48,140 nt of DNA, from contig NC_069007.1 in the NCBI RefSeq assembly GCF_001194135.2, positions 10,944,871-10,993,010 of the forward strand, read 5' to 3'. Made by a program: the position numbers and the translations under genes. This DNA comes from Octopus bimaculoides (Eukaryota). Positions 1-12,929 of this stretch are shown here, piece by piece (the stretch's first letter is position 1; the number at the start of each line of letters is the position of its first letter). The notes beneath the pieces are model-generated. The model made no database searches. It saw nothing but the letters and a program-made list of their open reading frames with translations, and had not been told where the DNA came from.

Positions 1-12
1 TATATATGTATG

Positions 13-45
<33 letters not shown>

Positions 46-79
46 ATGTATATATGTATATATACATACATATATATAT

Positions 80-121
<42 letters not shown>

Positions 122-165
122 ATATATATATGTATGTATATATACATATATACATATATACATAT

Positions 166-212
<47 letters not shown>

Positions 213-276
213 ATATATACAGAGAGAGAGAGAGAGATGGAGGGATGATTGGATGGATGGATGGATAAATAGATAG

Positions 277-325
<49 letters not shown>
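1..325. repeat. Compound microsatellite (TA/TG/CA, then GA and GGAT)
   Basis: Directly visible di- and tetranucleotide runs; ORFs 6-276 are YI/CV translations of it. Confidence 0.97.
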
Positions 326-1200
326 GTGTGGTGGTGTCTCTTTGGTTGTATGTCACCGAATAAAGAAGGGAGTGAAGAGGAGGCTGTGAGTAGGGAACAA
401 AGCGAAGGTTGCAAGTGAGGTGGTGCGTAAGACGAAGGTGGGGTGCGTTCAGACCTTTTGTTCTTAAATGAAAAGAAGGAATCTAGCATAAGAGAGAGAA
501 AGATAGAAGGAGAAGATGGCTGTGTTGAAGTCAAGGAAAAAGGCACCAGAAAGGAAATCGGGTGTGAGATTAAGTATCAGCACAACCATTATGTAGTTAG
601 GGACTAATAAGGCAACAAATGAGAATATAATGCAACCTCTTGGTTCAATGCATCCCTTTCATTCTCTCTCTGTCTGTCTGTCTCTCTTTCTCTCACTCAT
701 TACAACAATGTTCTTTATTTCAATATATTTGCTTGATGCAACCATCATTATTTAAACTACCTTGGTATAGCCATCCTCCTTAAGTACATAATTGCACTGA
801 GCCTGAAAGATTGCTTCGAGATACAAAGCGTGTTATATAAATCTGCCAATTTATTGTATCGCTAAAGCATGAAACTATTAATGTGTGTGTGTGTGTGTAG
901 AGTTTGCAGATGAGAACCAGAGATTCTCCATATATAGAAGACATTCAGTGGTTTTCAAAAGATTCAAACTTAGACTCTGATCTTTTTACAGGGGATCATT
1001 GCACAAGGTAAAGGAAGGCTAGAAGAGGGATCAAGTTGAGTGGGTATAGAGGCTATTATGCATATAAACAAATTGGACACATCAAATATATAAAATATAT
1101 GTAACATTATATATGTATTATATTGTATTTCATACACAAACTAATATTTTCAATATATTTAATGTTTGATGTATCTAATTTGTTTATACACATAATTGCC

Positions 1201-1241
1201 TCTCTCTCTCTGTATATACATACATACATACATACATATAT

Positions 1242-1324
<83 letters not shown>

Positions 1325-1335
1325 TATACATACAT
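1201..1335. repeat. Compound microsatellite (TC, ACAT, CA, TA)
   Basis: Directly visible. Confidence 0.95.
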
Positions 1336-1751
1336 ATAATTGAAAACAAAGAAGAGAGTGGAGATTTATTCACATCCAAAACTTTTTTATTAAAATGCTT
1401 TCTACACCATATATAATGTGATCTAGCATATGTTTCTACTGCAGCAACTGCACACTGCTTTGTATGCAATTATGCATCCTAGCTGCTGCAAATTCATCAA
1501 GGGTCCATCACTTACAACATTTTCAAAGTGAACTAATTCAAGCAAGCTTCCTGTGTTGGTATTCAGTTGAAGGTGATAGTGTTATTCATGAAATCAAATT
1601 GATTTCTGGTCTTATAATCACCTCTACTGATATTACAGTTGAATCATGGTTTTAAAAATGTTTATTTATATTACAATTAATTGTAGCAGTTTTGTTTACA
1701 TTTTACTGTACAGAGTACATTATTTAATTCAGAGGCATTTCACTTATTTTA

Positions 1752-1829
1752 GCAATGGTGGGGGGACAAACACAGACACACACACATATGTACATACATA
1801 TATGCATGTATGTATGTATGTATGTATGC

Positions 1830-1886
<57 letters not shown>

Positions 1887-2047
1887 GTTTCTTTCAGTTT
1901 CTGCCTACCAAATCCACTCACAAGGCTTTGGTTTGGCTTGAGGCCAAAATAGATGACACTTGCCCAAGGTGCCACACAGTGGGACTGAACCAGGGAACCA
2001 TTTGGTTGTGATGCAAGCTTCTTACCACACAACCACGCCTGCACCTA
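1752..2047 (-). mobile_element. tRNA-derived SINE family A (5' half plus internal microsatellite)
   Basis: Reverse strand reads A-box-like GTGGTTGTGTGG, B-box-like GGTTCAGTCCC, then GCACCTTGGGCAAGTGTC..GCCTTGTGAGTGGATTTGG..AAACTGAAAGAA; the same sequence recurs more than 10 times in the window. Confidence 0.85.
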
Positions 2048-3812
2048 TGTCAGTATAAAGAATATCTCTCATAGGTGTGTAGATTTGTTTAAATTTTTGA
2101 ATGACCAACAGTGAAACAGTTTGTATATTAGCAGATATATCAGTGTAGGCGTGTAAATTAGGCAGGTAGAATCAAAGACAAATTGCAAATGTTTCCTCAT
2201 TCAGATAAATGGTTATATACCATTGACTATCCAGAAGAACTCATTCAGTAGGCTAGTGTCAGCAATTAAATACAAACACTACTTAGATTTGAAACAAATT
2301 TGTGTAAATGTGTGCAAAAACTTTATCTTCTAAGCCATAACATTAGATATGCAGATAATTTCTCAACAACTGATCGTGTTTATACAATAAAGGGTGGCCT
2401 CAGTATGTTATACAACACATATAAGAACATTTTTATATACCCAGGCCTATTCCCCATTTTTTAGGAGGGTGTAGCCACAACAAGGCACACACCAGGTATT
2501 TCATTCATTTCCTAACTCAAAGAGGCGAGCCCTGTCCTATGCTTGGGTCAAGGCATACAATGCAACTCCTGAAAATAGAATTGAATTGAAAAAACTTTAG
2601 TTGATAATGCATATCCATCTCCAAATATCAGTGGATGTACAAATATCATATTTTATTGATAGTTGGACATACATTTATAAGAAGGAGTGATATCAGCATG
2701 TTATATCTTTTAACATGTGACAAAATTAGATTGAAAAGAATGGAGCTGAATTGGACTTAAACAACAATAACAGCAACATTAACAAAAGTCTCAAACAACT
2801 TCATCATGAAGATTTATAGAATTTTGCAAAGATTGATGAATTGCAGAGTTATGTTGTTCCAAACTGAATGGAAAGAATAAAGAACAAGGTATGGGGAAAT
2901 CTAATCTAAAAAGAAAATGTTAAAAATCTATCAAGTTTGAGTGTAAAACTGAACTGAAAATGTATTAGGATTAAAACCCAAAGCATATTGGGGAGAAGCA
3001 AACCTCTCAACCAGATAGACATACCAAACATCTAAACCACACACACACACACACACACACACACAAGACAAGGTAAATTTGACTTACAGCTGTTTCCAAT
3101 AATCATATAGGTTTGTTTGTTCATTGATTGGTTTACTCAATTTGTCCATTGATTGATTGAGAAAAAGTGAACGACCTGAAGAATGAATGCTATCCTCATC
3201 AGAGTTCTGGTATTCTGATTGGAAACTAAGCAGAACAATGATAAATGGATGATACAGGCGTGAGAAAGGGGAGCAAAATGGGGCAACAAGTGTAAGGTGA
3301 GCGAAAATGGGTTAAAGACAGAAATGGGGAAATTGAAAGGATGAGCTGGAGAAGAAGAAGATAAGGAAAGAGAAAGAAAGAATGAAAAGGAGAAGGCAAA
3401 GAAGAGAAAGAATAGAAGGAAGGCATGAGATAGAAGAATGAAGACAGGAAGGGATATGAGAAAGCCAGAAATCAAAGAGGGGACAGTAATGAAAAGACTA
3501 GTGGTCTTAGTGTGTGTAATTGGATAATCACACTCAGAAATTCAGAAATGTTTACTTTGTCTTCAGGTCAAATAATATTTGCAGAGTGTATTGAACTTTG
3601 ATTTTGACCATTTATTCCCATGGTCAGCTTAAGTTTTTAATTCTGGGTTTTATTACCACTCTCTCACATTGGGAATGATGTTTGTTACAGAAAATGAAGG
3701 GTAAATGGAATGAAAAAAAAAATCAGCCGTAACTATATGATGGGAAGTGGACAAAGCCCTAGCAAAAGTGAATAGTAGATAGAGGGAAAATATTAGGTCC
3801 AAGATAAAAGAT

Positions 3813-4237
3813 AATAATAATAATAATAACAATAATAATAATAATAATAATGTTTTGTTCGACATCCTTAAACAAACCTTATTCAGGGACCTTTTGAGCG
3901 GGATGGGCTACTCGACCTGAAGAAAATTCTAACTGGACCCCACCTGCGAGGTCATACGGTGTTTATCTTGATATGAGATCACCATGTCGCGCACATATAG
4001 TTGTGATGCATGTGCCTGGTGTACCCTTATCAGACGGGTAGTCGTGATGGGTATACTGGGCTTCGTATATTTTACCCCAGTGTCACTTTGATGGCATGCA
4101 CTGCTCTCTCACTCAATAATAATAATAATAATAATAATAATATAATACAGTAACCATAAGAGCACCACAGCACATACCCAAGGCGCACAGAGCTGCGCTC
4201 GGTAGTGAAGTGAAAGCACGTTATAAAAATAAAACTA

Positions 4238-4272
<35 letters not shown>
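3813..4272 (+). mobile_element. Three (AAT)n arrays separated by two non-coding inserts (about 3851-4113 and 4147-4240); probable 5'-truncated (AAT)-tailed retroposon ends
   Basis: GC-richer inserts are bounded on both sides by (AAT)n; the tail type matches the R4/Dong 3' end at 28.4 kb (inference). Confidence 0.55.
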
Positions 4273-4569
4273 TAGAAGATAAGACAGACAGAGAAAAAGA
4301 TGGCTATGGATGACTAAAAGTGTTTTATGTATGTCTTCTCATGCATATACTTGTCACATTTTACTGCTTCTCCTGCATTTCTGTTCCTTTTGTGCATCAA
4401 GTATTTCCTGTTCAATATTTCCTGTTCCTGGATGCTAATGCATACTCTTCAAAATGTATGTATGTATGTATGCACCTTTATATAGGCACTCTTATGCACA
4501 TTTAGTTGGATATAAAAATTAGCATTTGATACTGCTTCCATTGCTAATAATTAATATATATACATCTAT

Positions 4570-4603
4570 ATCATCATCGTCGTTTAACGTCCGCTTTCCA
4601 TGT
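4570..4603 (-). mobile_element. SINE family D 3' tip ((ATG)n tail)
   Basis: TCATCATCGTCGTTTAACGTCCGCTTTCCATG matches 30305-30333. Confidence 0.7.
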
Positions 4604-5014
4604 AATTAATGCCAAATAAAGGCTATTATTCTAAAATAAGGCTAAGGCTAACATTGGGACATACACTAGGTTAGGAGACTTAATACTAAAGGCAAACTTC
4701 AATTTATTATAAATTTCATGTTGATTGGGACAGCTTCTTAAATAATTCCTAGTTAACACAATTTATAATATCTCTATTATTTCTGTCAGTATGAATGTTT
4801 CTCTCTTTCTCTCTCTCTCTCTTTTTTTTTATCTCTTTCTGTCTGTCAGTCCGAAGAAGAAGGGAGAGGAGGAGAAGGAATTGAGAGAAAATGATAGCTA
4901 AGGGGAGAAGAAATGTAATGTGGAGCTAATCAGAGTAAAAAAAGATGTGAAATCTTAATGGTCAATAAATCTAATGACTATTGACTGAAATGAAATGTGT
5001 ATTTGTGTAAATGT

Positions 5015-5149
<135 letters not shown>

Positions 5150-5310
5150 CCTGAAGTAAAAGAAACCACCATTTTGGAAATGATTCATAAATTCTTTATA
5201 CAGACTGTTCTCACAGACTTTTTTGTCAATCTCCAGTATGTTATTTGGTATCTTTTGGTTTGGCATTTCTTCTTCTTCACCACCACCACTGCCGTCATCG
5301 TCATCATCAT

Positions 5311-5344
<34 letters not shown>

Positions 5345-5644
5345 GCTAATGTCTGCTTTCCATTCTGGCTTGGAAAGGGAACCAGTGAGGTGCAGCACTG
5401 TGTCAAGCTCCCCGTTGTTATCTTTGGCATATCATCATCATTATGAGGCTGTGGCCTTTGTGGCTAATAAAGACAGGATTACGATTATGAGAGTGGTGGG
5501 AAGGCAGAATTGTAAGAATGCTGGACAAAATGCCTGGTAGTTTTTCTTCTGGTTATTTACATTGTGAATCATTCAGTGCATCCCCAGTCCTCTCCTTCTA
5601 CCTGCCTGTTCTTTGGTGATTAAGTCATTACACCAGTGTTTCTC

Positions 5645-6601
5645 NNNNNNNNNNNNNNNNNNNNNNNNNNNNNNNNNNNNNNNNNNNNNNNNNNNNNNNN
5701 NNNNNNNNNNNNNNNNNNNNNNNNNNNNNNNNNNNNNNNNNNNNNNNNNNNNNNNNNNNNNNNNNNNNNNNNNNNNNNNNNNNNNNNNNNNNNNNNNNNN
5801 NNNNNNNNNNNNNNNNNNNNNNNNNNNNNNNNNNNNNNNNNNNNNNNNNNNNNNNNNNNNNNNNNNNNNNNNNNNNNNNNNNNNNNNNNNNNNNNNNNNN
5901 NNNNNNNNNNNNNNNNNNNNNNNNNNNNNNNNNNNNNNNNNNNNNNNNNNNNNNNNNNNNNNNNNNNNNNNNNNNNNNNNNNNNNNNNNNNNNNNNNNNN
6001 NNNNNNNNNNNNNNNNNNNNNNNNNNNNNNNNNNNNNNNNNNNNNNNNNNNNNNNNNNNNNNNNNNNNNNNNNNNNNNNNNNNNNNNNNNNNNNNNNNNN
6101 NNNNNNNNNNNNNNNNNNNNNNNNNNNNNNNNNNNNNNNNNNNNNNNNNNNNNNNNNNNNNNNNNNNNNNNNNNNNNNNNNNNNNNNNNNNNNNNNNNNN
6201 NNNNNNNNNNNNNNNNNNNNNNNNNNNNNNNNNNNNNNNNNNNNNNNNNNNNNNNNNNNNNNNNNNNNNNNNNNNNNNNNNNNNNNNNNNNNNNNNNNNN
6301 NNNNNNNNNNNNNNNNNNNNNNNNNNNNNNNNNNNNNNNNNNNNNNNNNNNNNNNNNNNNNNNNNNNNNNNNNNNNNNNNNNNNNNNNNNNNNNNNNNNN
6401 NNNNNNNNNNNNNNNNNNNNNNNNNNNNNNNNNNNNNNNNNNNNNNNNNNNNNNNNNNNNNNNNNNNNNNNNNNNNNNNNNNNNNNNNNNNNNNNNNNNN
6501 NNNNNNNNNNNNNNNNNNNNNNNNNNNNNNNNNNNNNNNNNNNNNNNNNNNNNNNNNNNNNNNNNNNNNNNNNNNNNNNNNNNNNNNNNNNNNNNNNNNN
6601 N
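5645..6601. other. Assembly gap (others: 14824-15124, 16955-16984, 21349-21533, 22788-22797, 30841-31013, 39283-40080, 41149-41958, 43763-43825)
   Basis: N runs; ORFs spanning them are artefacts. Confidence 1.
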
Positions 6602-6859
6602 TATTAATTTATCAATAAATTAGCAATTAATAATTTTTACCAAGCCCTTCGGTATGTAAACACCATTATCAGTGGAGAACTTATTTAAAAGTTCTTATAC
6701 ATTTATAAACATGATTAAGGGATCAGCAACAGTTGCTTCACCACATACCGAAGTTCAGAAATAGCAGCTAAAATGTTTCTCTCGTTGTTCGCATACCCAA
6801 GTTTACCTTCACATTTCATGTTTTCGTATTTCATAATCTATATTGTTTTCATATTTCCT

Positions 6860-6862
6860 GTG

Positions 6863-6935
<73 letters not shown>

Positions 6936-7043
6936 GATGGACTTCTTTCAGTTTCCATTTACCAAATCCACTCACAGGGCTTTGGTCGGCCTGAGGATAT
7001 AGTAGAAGACACTTGCCCCAGGTGTCATGCAGTGGGACTGAAC
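6860..7043 (-). mobile_element. SINE family A fragment with adjacent (TA)/(TG) microsatellite
   Basis: CTTCTTTCAGTTTCC..CCAAATCCACTCACAGGGCTTTGGTCGG..GAAGACACTTGCCCCAGGTG..GTGGGACTGAAC. Confidence 0.85.
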
Positions 7044-7170
7044 ACACAGACACACATTTCATTTCAGTCAATAGTCATTACATTTATTGACCATTATATA
7101 TATAAATCAAAAGTAAAAAACACAACAAACAGAAACCGTATATATAATTATATATATATATTTATGTATA

Positions 7171-7212
<42 letters not shown>

Positions 7213-7599
7213 ATTTACCATGTGAACTACAATATGATGTAAAAATATGAGACAGAAAAGGCATATAATTTTTTTGTGCAGGGGTTCCTAGAGACATACA
7301 ATTTATTTTAAGGGTTAAGGAAGGGTAAAAAGGCTGAGAAACCCTGCATCATACAATGCTCTTAAAGAAATTGGTCCAAGCAGTTTGTATGGTAAAGGCT
7401 ACAAAGAAATGAGATAAGAATATTTCATTGGATGTGCCATGCTATGTGCCACTGGATGTGCCATGTTACTGTGCACGAATGACAAAGTATAAATGAACTG
7501 AGAGACAAGTTAAGTATAAAAGGAATTGGTTATAGTGTGCAAGAAAGAAAACTGCACTAGTATGGGCAGCTGCAAGGTGACCCCAACATTGCTGGTTTT

Positions 7600-7760
7600 A
7601 CAAATAACACCCATTACACTCTGTAAAGTGGTTGGTGTTAGGAAGGATATTCTACTGTAGAAATCAGGCCAAAACTGAGACATGGAGCAAGATGTGGATC
7701 TGTGACTGTAGCATCCTCTCAAACCATCCAACCCATGTTAGCATAGAAAGTCAGGCATAT
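7600..7760 (+). mobile_element. SINE family D-related copy, degraded
   Basis: GTAAAGTGGTTGGTGTTAGGAAGG..CTGTAGAAA..CCATCCAACCCATGTTAGCATAGAAAG resembles 41968-42100. Confidence 0.6.
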
Positions 7761-8312
7761 GTATAAATATATTTTGAAGAATTGGAAAATTCCACCTATT
7801 CCTAACTGACTTGATATCTTTCCAGCCTTATCAGTTAAGGTTGGAGGAGGATGACTCTTTTACCTTTTTACTTTTTATTTTTTAATATTTGAGTTTTTGT
7901 TTTCTGTTTTTCATTTTCCATTGTCTACTTTCTTTGTTTATATGCTGCTTTCCCAGTTTTATTGATTTTCTTCTGTTATCAATTTTTTTTAGTTCACTAT
8001 GATATGTGGTTTGCACCTGAAAAATATGTTTGAATATTTCTCAACATATGAAAGTATTAGTAGCACTTTAATGCATGTATTGTGACCTTTAAATAGAAAA
8101 AAGTTATCTCTCACCAGATGGAATACTTTTTTTGTTGAATTTTCTATAACAAATCAGTACATTTATATATATATATATATACATATGGAACATATGGTAT
8201 AATTATAAACAGGGCAAATTTTAACCATTTCTCTGCAGACTGAAAAAAATGATGAACAACCAGTTGATTTTCAAACCTTATGGAGGTTCTCATCAGAGGC
8301 ATCCACATTATT

Positions 8313-8867
8313 CTGACAGTCTTCAGAGAAACAACTAGCCAAACTGTTTATATACTCAACAAATGCAGCAGTTATTCTATGAAGGAGCCCCTAATTTGCA
8401 TACCGAAAGTGTTTAACACTCTATAAATACAGCAAAGGGGTATCATGATCACCACTTTCTGGTCATTTACAGCTGCTGCCAGCATGCATGTATATAACTT
8501 ATGTGCATTGACAGCAACAACGGAGCCATTCAGCTCTTACTGCTAACAGTTTAGATGTTCTAACACCTTCAGTCATATTTAATGACAATTATTGTCTCCC
8601 CTTTTTGGTGAAACTCTGCTAACTAGCTGCCTCATTTAATTATATAAATAGCTAAAATTTGCCCTGTTTATAACTATACCATATTTTACATATTTATTAT
8701 ATCATATTTTGATGGTGTGTGGACTTAGATCACCGTTGACAGGCCACTGGTATTTATAGAGTGCTAAACACCTTCAGTATGCAAATTAGGGACGCCTTCA
8801 TAGAGTAACTGCTGTATTTGTTGAGTATATAAACAATTTGGCTGCTTGTTTCTCTAGAGACTGTCAG
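8313..8867. mobile_element. MITE-like element with about 118-bp terminal inverted repeats
   Basis: 8313-8430 is the reverse complement of 8750-8867 at high identity (TATGCAAATTAGGG..CCTTCATAGA..TTGTTGAGTATATAAACA). Confidence 0.75.
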
Positions 8868-8879
8868 ATAAATGAACAG

Positions 8880-9060
8880 TGGTGGTGGAGGGAAAAGATC
8901 CAAGACATGTACACACACACATGACATGCTTCTTTCAGTTTCTGTCTACCAAAAACATTCACAAGACTTTGGTTGACACTGGGCTATATCAGAAGACACT
9001 TGCCCAAGGTACCAGGACTGAACCTGGAACCATGTGACTGGCAAACAAACTTCTTACCCC
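8880..9060 (-). mobile_element. SINE family A, degraded
   Basis: GCTTCTTTCAGTTTCTGTCTACCAAA..GAAGACACTTGCCCAAGG..GGACTGAACC. Confidence 0.8.
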
Positions 9061-9564
9061 AGAGTCATATCTTAATAATTCTAAAACTCTAGAGATCTTT
9101 TTGTGTACCTGAAATAATATATTTTATCTTAATTTTTTTGCATATTCATTTTCATACTTACCTTCGGCAGAGCAGTACAAATCTTTGTGATATTTGGACC
9201 TCTATTTATTAAAGAAAACGATTAAACATAATTTTTGTTTGTTATTTCTTGATGAAAAATTACATGGCTTCTATGACATCAACACACATACAGAATACAC
9301 ATACATATAGTGAATGTCATGGCGTGTCAATCAATGCAAACACATGTCCGCTATCTGTGACATATAAACACATGTAGTCTTCACACTCTCAACGTAAAAA
9401 AAAAAAAACGAGTTTTTGATATACACTATATTTCAATCATTTAGAAATATTTTTAACTGAATGTGATTTCAAAAATGTAAGTTGTTTGTACAGTAAGTAT
9501 TTATATTTTAGCTTTCTTTAACAGACAATATTTTAATGTTTTTTTAAAATCATTTGCAAGTGAA

Positions 9565-10187
9565 TGGCAATCTTTTACTTTGATTCTCAGAACTGTCATC
9601 CAGAGTTTGTCAATTTCCGTAAAAACTTTTCATTTACTCTTGTTTTAAAGTGAAAAATGTATGCACATATATATGAAATGGACGTATGTGTTTGAAAGAG
9701 AGAGAGAGAGAGGAAGAGAAAAGAGAGAGAGAGAAAGAGAAAAGAGAGAGAGAGAGAGAGAGAGAGGAAGAGAAAAGAGAGAGAGAGAGAGGAAGAGAAA
9801 AGAGAGAGAGAGAGAGAGGAAGAGAAAAGAGAGAGAGAGAGGAAGAGAACAGAGAGAGAGAGGAAGAGAACAGAGAGAGAGAGTGAGAGTGAGTAAAGGT
9901 GTGTGCTGCATACATCTTTTTTGTATGTACGTGTGCATGTGAGAGAGAGAGAGAGTGAGTGAATGTATAAGTGGCACTCTTTCTCTCTCTCTCTCTCTCT
10001 CTCACACACATGCACACACACACACACACACGCGTTCATTTCATATACACGTTCATACATCTTTCACTTTCTCCTCTCTTTCACTTTAAAACAAAAGTAA
10101 ATAAATAAAAAATTTTTTACGGAAATTAACAAAGAAAGCCAGCTGAGCTGGATGACAGTTCTGAGAGTCAAAGCGAAAGATCGCCCC
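9565..10187. repeat. Inverted pair of one repeat (9565-9720 vs about 9975-10187) enclosing a GAGAGAGAGGAAGAGAAAA minisatellite
   Basis: TTTACGGAAATT(A/G)ACAAA..CTGGATGACAGTTCTGAGA(G/A)TCAAAG occurs on both strands; (GA)n faces (TC)n. Confidence 0.8.
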
Positions 10188-10517
10188 AAGGAAATACCAT
10201 AACAAATCTTTTTCGAGTGCATTCAACATATCTCACCACCAAAAATTTGGCTGCTATTTCTAGCTCACTCTGCAACCATGTAGCAGCTATATGCGATAAA
10301 GGACCCAAAATACCTGTTAGGTGGTAGCAGAGCATGCAAGAAATAGCGGCCAAATCTTTTCTGTTCTGGGGAAAGGAGCCATTTACGAGTGATTTTGATG
10401 TCACATTCATTGAAAGCATGCGAAATAACCTGGAACCTCCCCCACCCCATGAAACAAAACTCCGTTGCTGGGAAACTCAGACTTTCAAGGTGACCCAATA
10501 GGTCATGGGCAGTCTAG

Positions 10518-10584
<67 letters not shown>

Positions 10585-10654
10585 ATTGGATTAGATTGCT
10601 TATGTGCAGTCCACTGCATGATGATGAAGAAGATCTCAGCACGTCCTCTCTACC

Positions 10655-10790
10655 AACCATGCTCTGATGTGGAAGTTGATTACATTGACCCCAGAGCTGA
10701 ACTGGTACCTATTTGATCAACCCTGAAAGGATTAAAGCAAATGTGACCTTGGCAGAATTTGAACTCAGAACATAAGGACAGATGAAATAA
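10655..10790 (-). mobile_element. tRNA-derived SINE family B, partial
   Basis: TTGACCCCAG..CTGGTAC..ACCCTGAAAGGAT..GGCAGAATTTGAACTCAGAAC; the same module occurs at 23360 and 29286. Confidence 0.75.
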
Positions 10791-11145
10791 TATGTGTGTG
10801 TGTTGAAGCATTTATGATGAATTTATCTCTCTTTTCTTGTTTTGTCTTACTTTCAGTTACAACAAAAAGAATGGAAGCCATTTAGCCAATTCTCATACTC
10901 CCACCAATATTCCTTTGTGTTGTTCATTCATACAAGATCCACCTGCTTTCTATTTCTCTTACTACCACCCTTATCGCTTGGCCCCTTTTGGTTCATCTCA
11001 AAACTTATAACTAGGAAGCAACATTGGACCTATTGTGCACGGTACACTCTCATCCTCTCCTCCTGTACTGCCTGTCATCACCCTGTCATGATTACATTGA
11101 ATATATCTCATAATATTGTCTACCATTATCACTTATTTGCCCCAA

Positions 11146-11935
11146 CACTCATTCTTCCTATCGCTCATTCCCACTATCACTCATTCCCCTATCGCTCATA
11201 CCCACTATCACTCATTCCCCTCTCGCTCATACCCACTATCACTCATTCCCCCTATCTATCATTCTCCTTATCACTCATTCTCCTATCACTCGTTCCCCCA
11301 CATTCATTCCCCCATCACTCATCCCCCTATTGCTCATTCCCACTATCACTCATTTCCCCTATTGCTCATTCTCCCTATCATTCATTTCCCCTATCGCTCA
11401 TCCCCCTATCACTCATTCCCCCTATCGATCATTCTCCTTATCACTCATTCCCCCTATCGTTCATTTCCCCTATTACTCATTCCCCCTATCACATATTTCC
11501 CCTATCACTCGTTCCCCCACATTCATTCCCCCATTACTCATCCCCCTATTACTCATTCCCCTATCACTCATTCCCCCTATCTATCATTCCCCTATCACTC
11601 GTTCCCCCACATTCATTCCCACTATCACTCATTTCCCCTATTGCTCATTCTCCCTATCACTCATTTCCCCTATCGCTCATCGCCCTATCACTCATTCCCC
11701 CTATCGTTCATTTCCCCTATCACTCGTTCCCCCACATTCATTCCCCCATCACTCATCCCCCATTACTCATTCCCCTATCACTCATTTACCCTATTGCTCA
11801 TTCTACCTATCACTCAATTCCCCTATCACTCACTCTCTCTATCACTCATTACCACTATCACTCATTCCTCCATATCACACATCCCCCTAACACTGATTCA
11901 CCTATCACATTCACCCCTCCCATTACTATCATTCA
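11146..11935. repeat. C-rich minisatellite, about 15-16 bp unit (CACTCATTCCCCTAT and variants)
   Basis: About 50 degenerate tandem units; it explains the long + strand ORFs 10842-12000. Confidence 0.93.
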
Positions 11936-12184
11936 CATCTTTATTTTTTTCATTCCTCTTTCACTCATTCTTCTCATTTTGTAAAGAAGTTGGTGAGTGA
12001 TCACAGAGTCAATGCTGTGAGAATCCATTAGTCTTACTCAGGATATGGCTGCATCTGTAGTGCTGGTGCCATGATAAAAGAAGCCAGCCCAGTCAGTAAA
12101 GTGGATGGTGTTGGAAAGGCATCAAACTGTAGAAAGCAACCCCAAAATGAAACACAAGCATGATGTGGTCTCTGATCCACCTCT

Positions 12185-12530
12185 TGTCTTGTAACAGCAT
12201 TCACCCAGGAAGAGTTAAGCCAGCCCCTATTGAGTTCACTGCATCACGGGTCAAGGCAGTCCATGCACATCTGCTGGGGGCCAATTCTGAAGCATTTTGA
12301 AGCCATTCTCAGTTCCAACGATTAACGCCAAGGACTCAAGGGTCAGAAACGAGTTCCATATCTGCTTTGAGTGTTATGAGCCACGTCTTCAGCTGACCAC
12401 TTCTCTGCTTACGTTAAGCTGGGGGAGGACCTGGTGCTATCGCCTTCTGGATGAGTTCATCATGGGGGACAAACCAAACCAAATAACTGCTGTCTCCTCA
12501 TCTGAAGAGTTCCCAGAAGAGGTGAGAGAT
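12185..12530 (-). mobile_element. RTE-clade LINE 3' end (decayed ORF C-terminus)
   Basis: Minus translation ..RSGQLKTWLITLKADMELVSDP*VLGVNRWN*EWLQNASELAPSRCAWTALTRDAVNSIGAGLTLPG* followed by TACAAGACAAG; resembles RTE C-termini and their short tandem tails. Confidence 0.65.
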
Positions 12531-12929
12531 CTATGAACTCCTATAAACTCACAACTCTGATCCACCTAGATAAACATATATTTGCATATATAGTTATAGT
12601 TAAGCAGCACCCTGAATATTTACTGACCCCGCTGTAGTCATAAATCCAACCCATGCTAGCATGAAAAGTAGAGGTAAAAGTATGATGATAATAATGATGG
12701 TATATACATACATACATACCAGTAATTATTGGGCCCTGGAATGCCTAAATACCAATCTTATCAAAACCAGAAAGGAGAAAGCTAATTCGAAGACTGCAGA
12801 TCCAATCCATCAATGGAACTGTAAAAATCTGCAAAACTTTCCAGAAGTTTATCATTTATGTATATATGAGCATGTCTAGACATACATAAAACAAAACATA
12901 CAAATCTGCACATATACATACATACAAAA

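Noticed and set aside
1340-1640. Possible transposase remnant on the minus strand
   Set aside because: No continuous recognisable motif set.
11146-11935. CRISPR-like array (also the arrays at 35529 and 44524)
   Set aside because: No unique spacers, units are degenerate and contiguous, context is eukaryotic, and there are no cas genes.
10842-12000. 380-, 294- and 186-aa P/H/S-rich ORFs
   Set aside because: All three frames are open because the C-rich repeat unit rarely forms stop codons.
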